Part shown: one piece after another, positions 52,974 to 64,000 of the stretch | Position numbering within the stretch: the stretch's first letter is position 1 | Layout: every line of letters starts with the position of its first letter | Origin: Phallusia mammillata | Taxonomy: Eukaryota | DNA: 64,000 nt | Direction of reading: 5' to 3' | NCBI GenBank assembly: GCA_965637545.1 | Contig: OZ281496.1 | Location: forward strand, 24,862,001-24,926,000 | Translations under genes and position numbers: made by a program | The notes under the pieces: generated by a model | The model's input: only the letters and a program-made list of their open reading frames with translations | The model's database searches: none | Told to the model about the DNA's origin: nothing

Positions 52974-53982
52974 CGCCTTGTTTGTTTGTTTTCTCTTGCA
53001 GCAAGTCGCTGTAACAGTTTACATGAAGCTTAAACTGCAAAGGAAGTTCGTTACTTTAAACAAAACTGGTTAATCATAACGTTTATCCTAGAACAGGTAT
53101 TATCATCAGGTATGATATGAACTGCTGCCGCTCTTTTTCAAGTTGCTTTCTCTCAACAAACGCGGCTTCCAAACTTTTGTAGTAACGGCTCTAGTTCATT
53201 ATTGTGTCTGCAAAACACCACGTTTTAACTGGAACTTTTTATGCACAAAGTTGTGTCGTTCGTCGAAACAATGCGGGAGAAAGAATTAGAAACAACTAAC
53301 ATCCAAAATTAATTAGTGATTTCTACGTGTATGTTTTAAATGCTTTAGGGAACATAAACATGCTTTTAAAGACACTTTAAGACTATCTTACGGACTCCTC
53401 ATGGGTTTGCGAACTCTAGTTTGGGCATACTGCTGTCTACGCGTATCGCATCACAGATAACTAAACCAAAATAAAACAATATCAACTACATCCCTTTCAT
53501 GAACTGAAAAAAACTAACCCGTCTACTGTTATGGCTACTCGTAACAAGAGCTGTGTTGTTAACCAGTTAATCAGAAACTGGTATGAATAAACGCCCTAAC
53601 CCAAGCTTTATCGTAGGCAAGTTGAACATCCGTGTTGCCCATACGACGACGTATCCACAGTGGAAGTAGGTGTTTTTCTGTGCGTCATGTTAAGCGGAAC
53701 AAAAACACGCGAACTTATGCATAACTAAAAACTAAATTCTTAAACGGTTATCGATTATTAGATGTTCAAGCACAGTAGTTATTACTACTTGTAAGTAACA
53801 CACTGCAAAAAAGCCATTTTTAAAGTTGTTCACTTTGTGTATTATTGCACTCATACTGTGTATTAGAATTGGAAGCCTTCTTATTCTGTGTCCTTAATTG
53901 TTTTAAAAATCAATTACCGAGCTGAGTAGATGTTGCTCGACTTAACCTTAATGTCCAAGACCTAAAACGTCTCGTTTTAGAC

Positions 53983-54567
53983 CAGGGGTGGGGAACCTGC
54001 GGCCTAAAGGCCGCATGCGGCCTTTTAGGGTACTGAGTGCGGCCTTTGATGTCAAAATACATTTTAGGATGTTGATATTACAGAACGCACCAGGCACTGA
54101 AAAATAGACATAAACGTTTTTTTACCTTTATTCCACAATACTATTTGATTAGTTCTAGAGCAATGGTTTTCAAACTAGAGCCAAATGTTCCCGTAGTGGT
54201 ACACAGAGCGAATACCGTAGGACTTTCAAAAGTCCAAGGTTTAACAATCTTACTTTGCAAAAGAACAATTGTTTGCACATAATCGAATGTCTTAAACTCG
54301 TCTGTGATGTCATGAGGTGCTCTTAGATCATTGAATTTGTAGACAAGTGAGTTTCTTGGTTAAAAAATCTTAAATGTTGTAGTAAAGACGGAAATGTAGT
54401 GAGGCATTTTATTTAGCTTGGACCGTAAGTCGTACAACTCTACAAGGGAATAGCAAAACGACCATTCTGTAAGTCAAAAGAACGCCTGGAAAATAGTCTA
54501 TGCGGCCTAAACGAATGTCGATGAACCGTTTAGTAGCCTTTATAAACAAACAGGTTTCCCACCCCTG
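53983..54567. mobile_element. hAT MITE, 585 bp, between D and E
   Basis: TIR CAGGGGTGGG(G)AACC / GGTTTCCCACCCCTG; perfect 8-bp TSD TTTTAGAC. Confidence 0.9.
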
Positions 54568-55074
54568 TTTTAGACAATGTCTATTGTGTATGTCTTCTTT
54601 ATAAAATGCCTGTCAATCGAACTTTTGGGCATAAACGGTCTTCTTCGGGCTGATACTTTCGGGTTTCGGTCGGGTTCGGATTTCGGGCCCGTTTACTGTT
54701 ACTATTTTCATTCTTCCAGTTATTTTGACAAAGGCTTCCTAACCGGATTTCCACCTTGTTTAGCAATGAAGAAATCAACCTTTCTTTGAAGAAAAATCTG
54801 CAAAATTCCAAGTGCCAAATAATTACACTTGCGTCATTACTCTTATGACGACTCAGACAAGTCTTTATTTATTTTTTTGCAGTATAGTTTATTTACAAAA
54901 CTCCCTGTGCAAATCACCCGATCAATCATCGAATTAACGCCTTTGCAATTCTAATAATAATTTTATTTAAATTTAGCTTGGTTTCAAACTTAACTATTTC
55001 CTGACTTCCTATTCCATATTTACGACACATTTAGAACTGATTTTGAGTCATTTCTGCTCTTGTTTAAACATTTG

Positions 55075-55165
55075 TTTCTCTCTGCATGTCATCAGACCAC
55101 CAAGTTTCCCCACGATAAAGTTTGGATTTTGGTTTGTAGTAAACAGTATGAAGCAAATATTAAAT
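55075..55165 (-). pseudogene. Orphan degenerate copy of receptor C's last coding exon
   Basis: Reads FASYCLLQTKIQTLSWGNLVV* versus C FALYCLLQTKIRTLWWGNLVACVTCRDNE*; 1-nt deletion, stop, no splice acceptor; downstream flank resembles 36590-36720. Confidence 0.85.
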
Positions 55166-55651
55166 TCTTCTTAATAATGTTTCGCTTACTGGTAAGGCTG
55201 GAATTACACACAGTCTCTAAAGCTATCTGCAACCACTTTGGCGGCTTTGGCTCGTATTTCAAATTGGATGCAAAATTCATCTTATTCCTCTCAGCTGGTC
55301 GCATTTTTACGTTTTGCGTGGCAAGGATTTGTTTTGTGATTAATGCATGTTTGAATTTCTGTTTGATTGTTGTCATGTTTTTAGATACTCGAGGTTTGCT
55401 GTTTACCGTATGTCAACTTCTGTCACTGTAGCCTATTCCCGCAATGTTATTCACATAGTACTAGATGTTGAAAGTCTGTGAGCGGTTTAATGCGTTTTTA
55501 GAATGTACTACTCGTGGCGAAAAACACATGGAAACAAATTTGTTTATCCGTGGTTCTGTTTTAATAGAATCAAACAGGGCAAAATTCTTCGACACAGCGG
55601 TACAGATTTTTTCAATGTTTTTTATTCAACCTTGTCAATTCTTTTATGGAA

Positions 55652-58600
55652 TTAGATGCGAGTTGAAACTGATCCTGAAGAACTCCTTGGTCCTCGTTTG
55701 TGTTGTTCCTTTCGGCACGTGATGCAAGCTACAAAAGCTCCCCACCACAAAACACGGATCTTAGTTTGTCGTAGGCAGTTTAGGACAAAAATGAGGAATC
55801 CCTGGGACACACAAAAACGAACAACTTTAATCAATGAAAAAAGTATTGTATAATTGTACGCCATGGGAAAAACTTACCTGCGTGGAATTGAAAATTGTGA
55901 ACAGCCAGCTCATTATAGTTTGGTATGTTACGTTGTCAGCAAGTAACATAAAGAATCCAAAGACCCAAGTGAGGCCCATCATGATGCAAACAGCAACTGC
56001 CACCGCAAAGTCGTCTTTGGGGTTGCGTTTTCGGGCTGACGAGGATACCTGCAAAATTTTAAAATGTAAAGTTACAAAACGTGTAAGATAAAGTTTATCT
56101 CGACGTCATACACTTTAGTAGGGTGCTTTAAAGTACTTTGGAAGCATTTACAGCGCTACCGATTTGCTTACAAGTATTACGACTGGCAAATGTCAAGTTG
56201 CAGAAATCCCAAGCACCCACTAGTTATGTTTTTGCTTTACCGACTGTAGTACGTAGTCAGACATAGCCTTCGGAACCTAGTCTTCCATTTTGTTGAACGG
56301 GAGAGCCATGATTTGAAATTATTAGGTTTGTTTTTTTTGCTACCAACCTTAGTTCTTAGACAAGTTATCTTGCATATTACTATCACAAAGCAAGCGATAT
56401 TGCACATTGCCAAGATTCCAACTGGCAACAGAAACCCGTAATTAAGCGAATATTCGTTTAACCAGCACATATTCCTCGCTTTGTAGACCGATGTAAAGAA
56501 AATGTCATCTGAAAAAATATGGAAGGAAATAAGTTTTCCAAACAATTTTCAAACTGATAAAACAGTCGATGTTTAAACTCGCGTTCAAAATTCACAATCG
56601 TAGACGATTGAAAAAAAAACGATAACTGTGTCGAAATGTACCTGGAAAGTAGTTGTTTTTATCAAATACCGCCGAAATTGTGCTGTCGATGGCTATAATC
56701 ACTATTGGACCAACATAACAAATGACTGCTGGTATGGTTGATGATGTGCCACCGATGTAAGCCATCTAAAACAGCGTTTGCTTAATTAAATTTTCGATAT
56801 TCGATTTTTAAACATCATTTTCCAACATGTCTAGTTTAGCGTGTATACTTCTATTGTCATATTGATAGCCCTTTGTAATGACTTGGAATATAGTGTCTAT
56901 ACTATTACCGTAGTCAGAGCTTTGTACATGTTGTAAGCGTTGGCGCTCATCCAAAACCAAGTGGTGAGCAAAAAGTAATGGAGAAGACCCGTGACAATGT
57001 AACATCCGATCGTATTTGAAGTCCATCCAACACCAAACAGGAAGATAATATCAGCTATCAGAAGGTTGAAACAGATGTTCAACAGGAACACTGTTGGTTG
57101 TCGTCGACGTAGTTCCCTGCAAAATGTGTTGTTTATGACATTTGTCCGTAAAGTAAACTTCTGGTGCAATATATTTTCTCATCAACAGTAACTTTAAATC
57201 CGTCTATAGTCTACGGTCGGCTTTTACTCTATCAGGGCTCTTCATCCTGTGTACCTCTTTGTTTTGCACAGCTTTTTAATAAGAATGTTTTGCAAACGAA
57301 CAAAATCGAATTCTCGTTTTGCGAAACGCCCACCTAACGTTACAGCATCCCGTTTACTCTCATTTATTTAGCACAGTTTGTAATAAGTATTGTTTTGCCA
57401 ACGAACGGCTCAAGTGCAAACCGCCCGCTTGTATTGCAAAACCACCACAGTGGCCATTACCACCCGTTAAAAACCTTTACTTACTTGATGCCCATGTATA
57501 TTCCAATGGTGGCTATCAAGCCGAGCACCGATAATGCACAACCGATGTAACTAACAACTCCCATTGCGAAAGCGCTCGGAAGAATCTTTGTGCTCTTAAA
57601 GATAACATATCGGCTAAATTTTGTCGTACAACATACATCTATGATAGAAAATATAGAACCTACCACTATCATAGAGAAACTTGCCAAAACTGCACATGCA
57701 CATTTCGGTGGAGAACTTCCAGCAATCAATCTACAGCCGTTCGGAATCCATTTTCCGCTGGCTTGGTAGACGCTACACTGTGTCCTGGTTACAACGTCCT
57801 GTTGATTTACCCACAAATCGCTTCGTATTAATTTGTTGCAATGTAGACCTAAATTAATGTATCCGAAATGTATAATAGTATTTTCCTGTCCAGCACAGAC
57901 ATTTTGAGTCAATATTAATTCGGAAACGCAGAACAACAATGTTTTCTATGTGTTGGGTTTGTTCGAAATCGTTTGTAGAAAGTCATGGCACTGGTAGTAC
58001 ACCTTAGTGATTTACCTTTAACGATCCGTTTGTTAATGGAACATTTCCTTGTTTTTCGCTTGTGTTCGTAAAAGTTAAGTCAATTGGTGCTTTGATTGCT
58101 CCGCCTTTGTGGCCTTTCACATTTACAGTGATTACCTGAAACGCGACTCAAAGGTTCAATCAAATAGTAATGTTATCCAATTTTGTAATGGTTAGTTGAT
58201 CTTTTCTCTAGTTGATGATGGACAATTTAAGTCTAATTGATTTGATGCTTTATAAACTATAGGCCTACATATATGGATGTTTGGATGTTGTCTTACCATG
58301 GGTGCTTTCTCAGCTGCAGGAAAAAGTGTTGAGCTTGAATGAAAGATAAAACTCGCTCGGACGCTTGTGTTACCGCCTGTTGAGCCCACGGCGTCCAATA
58401 CCGACCCAGGAATAGTTGCTGTTACCACATTTGTTCCCGTTATTGCGCTGTTGTTTCCAGGGGCAAATGAAACTGGAGCATACTTGTTTTGTGCAGTCTT
58501 CTTAGTTTGGCTCACCTAACAAATAATCACGTGCATATATTGCGACACTTTATAGACTCGTGGGCTTAAGGTTTTCCTACAGCAATTTGATAAAAAAGCC

Positions 58601-61600
58601 GTGTGTGTTTGTGTGTCTTTAAAATCTGGTTGTAGTATTCTTTTTGTACCTGTATTGTTGTTTGGTTTGTTGATATTGTTAGGACAGTTGTGTTTGCAGG
58701 CAACGTTACTCGGTTAGTGAATGTCTCCAAGCTTTTGGTAAGAGAAGCTTTTTGACTTGCAGCGGTCCTAAATAAAATACAACTCGTAAAGGAAAAATTC
58801 TACTTTAAATCTATAAACTTCCATTTTTACTTACTTGCTGTTAGTGGTATTTTGGAATGTAGCAGCAACCTGGTTGGTGGTTAAAAGAACGTCGTACATC
58901 GTGTTAACGGTAATCTTTAAAGAAAAGTATCGAAAGTATAGTTTTTACAGCTGCAAAGAAAATTTTCGTTTTACAAGATGTCTAACCTGTACTTTCTGAG
59001 GATCCGTGACACTTAGCTCATTGAGAGCAGCTGTGGCATTTGCAACATCTGCCATATTGAGTTTTGCTGGACTGCTTGTCAGCAGTTTCAGAGTTGCTAC
59101 GGTGGTGGTTACACTTGATGTTGTAGCTTGTGACACATTGATCTGCATTGAACATCACTTTTATTAACTTTACTGCAAGTCAAAATTATTAATGTGTGAT
59201 TTCAATTTTCATTGGATAAGGAAATTGATCATAAAGTTTGTCAGAAAACGAATTTATTCTAGTACTGACGGTCGCAAGTGACGGTTTTAAATACAGACAT
59301 TTCAAAACAACGCACGCACGTAATCCAAACACAGAACTTACAACGCATTTTGTAATGAGAATATAGATGAACTTTGTTATGGACTTTCGACGTTCAGACG
59401 GGATTGAGAATAAAACTGTAAACTGGCGCAAATAGTTGAAAATGATATGGACCCCAACAATGTATAAGGATATGCACTTTGTATCTTTAGTGCAAGTGCA
59501 TTTACCGTTGTTGACAAGCTTCCTAATGTTGTTCCGCAGCTGATTATAATCGGTGTGCCGAAGTACGCAAAGTTTGCATCTGTTGCGTTTTGTAAACAGG
59601 GTACTGATGCCTCAGGATTTCCTGTATAAATGCAGGTTATAAAACATTCAATAGTGCGTTGTACTTTTTGTAATTAAATAAAGAACTTTTGGCGTACATA
59701 TAGTACCGTATGCGTTTGCAACCAGTGTTGTTTCTTATTTTGTCACTTACCTGTTGAAGAACATGTTTCTTGTGAAACTGCGGTTTTTCCCACCTCGACT
59801 TGAGCGAAATTGAAGGTTTTGTTGGACGCAGAAACAACTTTTGCGTTGCAAAACACTGCAACACACATGCATGCTTTTGATTAGTGCACATCACAAGTAG
59901 TAGTAACACTCATAATATGGAGTATTATGTATTAGCCATCATCATAGTAAGAAACAAGTGTTTACCCTTTATAACAGTTGGTGTGTTAGGTTTGGGACTT
60001 GTTTTTGACAGGGCTGTCGTCGTTGCTAAGGGGGTCGTCGTCGCCAGGGGTTTCGTCGTTGCTAAGGGGGTTGTCGTCACCAGCGGTGTTGTCGTTACTA
60101 AGGGTGTCGTCGTAGCTAAGGGGTTGGTGGTCACCAGGGGTGTCGTCGTTGCTAAGGGTGTCGTCGTGGCTAAGGGCGTAGTTGTTGCCAGGGGGGTGGT
60201 TGTAGCAGGCGGGTAGTCTGTTATTGTATGCTTGTTTTATGTTTTACCTGATTTAAACACTAGCAGTCTATTCATGTCACTTACAAAGTTGGGCTGTGTA
60301 TTGGATCGAAAGCTGATTGGGAAATGTTGCTTTTTTGTCTAGCCTGTTTATCGTGGTCTTGAAACCCCATGCTTCAGCCAGTGTAGCGGTAGCGATAAAC
60401 TTGTATCCAACAGCAGTCGCCGTGACTGTGATCGATAGAGGGGCGGGGTTTTGGCATACTTCAAATGGGATCGATGCATTCACTTGTGGCTTTGTCCGGT
60501 TTCCATATAATACCGTGTAGGTTCCGCTTAAGGTTGCTGAAAACGACACGATTAGCAATTAATAACAATACAAGACAAGTTTGTTTGTAAAACTAATCCA
60601 ACAACCACAAGGAATACAATTTGGTTTGGCTTTTGTACGTCTTGTTAAAAGTATGCAAAACAAAAAAAATCTGCATTCTTCATCGAACAACGGTATCATT
60701 TCTTCATCGAACCACGGTAAACGCTAAATAGGAAGTTTACTTTACATGACGCATGGCACATCGCTGAAGGATGGGGATTTTTCATGTTGAGTGTTAATTA
60801 GTTGTACGTGGGGGTGGCGCGTTTCCGTAGTTTTGTGTTTGCTGCTCAAATTATTTTTTGCAAACCTTTTTAATGCATGGGTCAGCTTTTGTGTATAATT
60901 ATACACTATAGTATAAATTACTCTCACTATAGTTTTGTAATGTTAAAATCGCCACATGATATGAAATATTTATTAAATGAAAAACCCAAATTAACGTTTT
61001 ATGGTCTTGTTACATTTGCATGAAAGTGGACTAAGAGACTATTATGTCTGTACATAACGCAAGTGTTCCCCAATACTATCCTAAGTTAGGTCGCAAAAAC
61101 ATGTTTATGTATGCAAAACAGTTTAAGCTGCGTAATAAAGTTTTTTTTTTTCAAAACTGACCCAGCATTGAATTGTCTTGATATTGTTTAGTTTCTTCAA
61201 AAACACTGTAGCAAATCTATGGTCTACATGCTACTGTTGGTATAGTGTTTGGTATAATTTAACAACGTGGTCCATCAAAACTCCAGAATCGTTTTTATTT
61301 AAACTTACTTGGCCTCCTTCTCTGACACAAACTGGGCTTTAATTGTTGGCAATCCCTTGCTGCCCATGACGAATATTTTCCCACAGCAACGCAGTCAGGT
61401 TTTGCTTTGTTGTTGTTTGTAATCTGACCGCCCGCAAAATTTTTTTCGCTTTCCAGCAACGGCGTGCCATCAATCCAAGTAAAGTTTGTTGCAGTGCCGC
61501 CTTTGTCCTGCAAGCCAATCCACGTTGGCACTGCATAAAATCAACTTAAGTTATAACTATTTGAAACCCAATTTAAGATGGACCGTTTTGGCCGAAATGT

Positions 61601-62122
61601 CATAATAGCTGACTATCTGGATTATTATCTCGCGAATGAACAACTCTCATGTGCGTTGCTGCGTGTACAGACTTTTACGAAAGTCAGAATTGCCTTTTTA
61701 TGTTTGTAGCAACTATGTGCGACAAAATATTCGAACGCCCGCTTTTGCTTTATAAAACCAAGATACTTTTAATTAACTTGTTCGACACTAAAAAACAATA
61801 CCTGTAACTATTTGTGTCCATTTAAGAAACGTTGTTGTACCAGACGACTTTATTATTGCCAACGTTCCGTTTAGAGACTTGCATTTCAAAGTGGCATCAG
61901 TAAAATTTAAAATTGTCGAATCAACCGCATACTCAAGTGTTCCGTTGGAAAACCAAGTCATACCTGAAAAATTGAATAACACAAGATGACACTTTACTTT
62001 GGCAGTAATTAAAACTATGTATAGAACAACGTAATTACATAATAAGAAACCACATTCTTACCCAAACTGGTGCTTTGACTCGTTATTACGAGGCAGACAA
62101 ACAGCCAAAGATTTCCTCGCAT
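55652..62122 (-). CDS. Adhesion GPCR 'E', 19 exons, about 973 aa: SP, CTL, X, (PLATTT)n mucin, HormR-like, GAIN/GPS, 7TM
   Basis: Exons: 62122-62062 (MRGNLWLFVCLVITSQSTSL), CTL 61963-61802 + 61530-61309, X 60536-60285, mucin 60217-59966, 59855-59751, 59621-59506, 59142-58987, 58914-58835, 58767-58650, 58515-58297, 58135-58016, GPS 57798-57664, 7TM 57594-57485, 57116-56909, 56765-56642, 56508-56348, 56048-55878, 55801-55652. Confidence 0.92.
60010..60200 (-). repeat. 18-bp coding tandem repeat, PL(A/V)TT(T) x10, stalk of receptor E
   Basis: Translation PLATTT PLATTT PLATTT PLVTTN PLATTT PLVTTT PLVTTT PLATTK PLATTT PLATTT. Confidence 0.93.
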
Positions 62123-64000
62123 CTTGGTCTTAACGATTGAATAATAGATAACTATATCAATTTTTGTCTAAACTTCAAGAAAAATCAGGTTGACGAAAAA
62201 GCTTATTGATTTCAAAATTTATCTTAGTAATATAAGTCTCATATCACTCGCAAAAACAATGACATTTCGCTTGCTGCAAGCCGGCGCTCTGTGTTCAAAT
62301 AACCTATTCATACCTTTCATTAACCTGAATCTCGCCCTTCACCACACAATCTCCGTGGATTTTTCTCGATTTGGTTTTCCTTTCACTTAGGCTGTCGTAA
62401 CGAGCAGTTTTGCACTGAGACTGTTTTTACTTCCAGCTCATCATAAGTTTAATTCCCTCTAAGCAACATTAAACCTGTGGTCTGTTATGCCCCTTTTCCT
62501 GGGTTTCATATATTGAAATGTGCAAATTCCTAAGCACAGCTGCGCGAACTGTCGGTATCTTCCTGTTATAGGCAAACGGGATGAGGATGTTTGTGTTTCG
62601 TTGGTCGTTTATCGATGAAGCACCCAGGACTTGCGATGTGTTGCGAGCGGGCTGGGCCGTGCTTGTATTAGCTGGAAATAGTTAATGATCGATTACCTGT
62701 CTAACAAGACCTGTAGTATCCCACCTTCGATTTTTTGTGGTCGCAGTTAAAGGTTATAAACGTCGTGCTAAAAAATGATCTTTAATTTAGTCTCTCTATA
62801 ATGGTAGTACATCTCTCTCTGCCGACTAATTCTATTCCTTTTTCGTTCCAGGAACATTGATAACACGTTTCCCTTCATTGGCTTCAGTTTTTGTTGACTC
62901 GGCTATCAGTTAAAAGTAAATGATGCACTATATATTGCCTATTTGTCCCGTCAGCAATATTAAAGTTGAAATATCAGTCATTACGTTTAACTAGAAGTCA
63001 AAAGTATGATCTGCAAATCAAATACTACTGAAACTTATTTGGTAATTAAAATTTGAAAATCTTGTGATTGCATTGAGAGGGTAAAAGTATGGTAAGCGAA
63101 TCAAACAGTACTGAAGATTATGTTGGTCATTGAAGTTTGAAAGCATTTTGATTGAATTGTGGTGAATTGACGGATTATCACATCTATTATTTCATGGCGT
63201 GACTTTTTGACTTCTATTGTTCGCAAAGGGTGCGTTGCAACATGATATCATCACATTTTTGTTTCTCTTTCACACAAAACAGATATTTCTGTAATATGTA
63301 CGCAATGCTAGTACAATATTATTTCTGTAGCATTCTGAACAATCTGTTTGTTTTATGTTTTGAACCCTCGCCCAATAGTAATTTAAAACAAGTCATTTGC
63401 AATTAACGTCCTGTTTACACAATATCTACTACACTATTTTACTATGCGTTTGAAACATCATATACGCTTTCATTAGATTTATTTACATTTCCGATAACAA
63501 TGCAGTCCACTTATAGTTCCAATTAATTGTTACTTGATAATAGTATTTGGTATGGATTCGCGATTTTGGTATGCACGATCGCTGTTTAAATAGTAAAACT
63601 AGAATGTAGATAACAAAATCTGAACTTAAACACACACACACGTTTACGCAGTTTAAACACTTTTCTCTAACGGTCTACGTTTTCCACAGTATGTACACGT
63701 TTTACATTTGGCTACATTTAAACCAACAATGGAAAACAACACTTTAGAAAAACATTAAACACAAAAATGTAACCCAAACTTGCACCAAAGTATGCTTTTG
63801 CAAGCAGGCCATACAATGTTTGAAATTTTTTTTACAACATTTTTGTGACAGAGACCGTGTTTGATTTACGATTCGATTGTCGTTCAGTTTTTGGATGCGC
63901 ATGAGTAAGATTGTTATTGGTCAAATATTAACATCGATTCCATATTGTCGTTAACATGTGGGTCGTAGACTCGTATTATACACGGTAAACAGGTAAGAAA

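Noticed and set aside
4569-62122. Idea that the whole minus-strand run is one operon
   Set aside because: Gaps between GPCR genes are 1.1-2.7 kb with conserved upstream blocks; only the 328-bp gap before IPO13 fits an operon.
62123-64000. Region upstream of E
   Set aside because: No supported exon or element; presumed promoter and 5'UTR.

Overview
AT-rich animal genomic DNA with short GT-AG introns, most consistent with an invertebrate chordate such as an ascidian (inference only). All seven genes found are on the minus strand. At the left end are an intronless importin-13 (IPO13) and an intronless ZSWIM3-N/FAR1-like + AT-hook + BESS-like gene only 328 bp upstream of it, possibly an operon. 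The rest (5.7-62.1 kb) is a tandem array of five adhesion GPCRs, here called A-E, rebuilt by hand from splice sites and reading-frame phase. All five share a HormR-like/GAIN/7TM core whose GPS lacks the autoproteolytic residues. They differ in their ectodomains, built from phase-1 symmetric exons encoding C-type lectin domains (CTL), Thr-rich mucin linkers and an unassigned 82-98 aa domain ('X', motif WGF-x5-R-x-D...W, H-type-lectin-like) present 12 times. Architectures: A = 7 X + 6 CTL + mucin (about 3000 aa); B = 2 X; C = no lectin domain; D = 2 X; E = CTL + X. D is a chimera of B's head and promoter with an E-like core, and a fossil of C's last exon marks the duplicated segment. Several hAT and Mutator-type MITEs with intact target-site duplications (TSDs) lie in introns and intergenic DNA.
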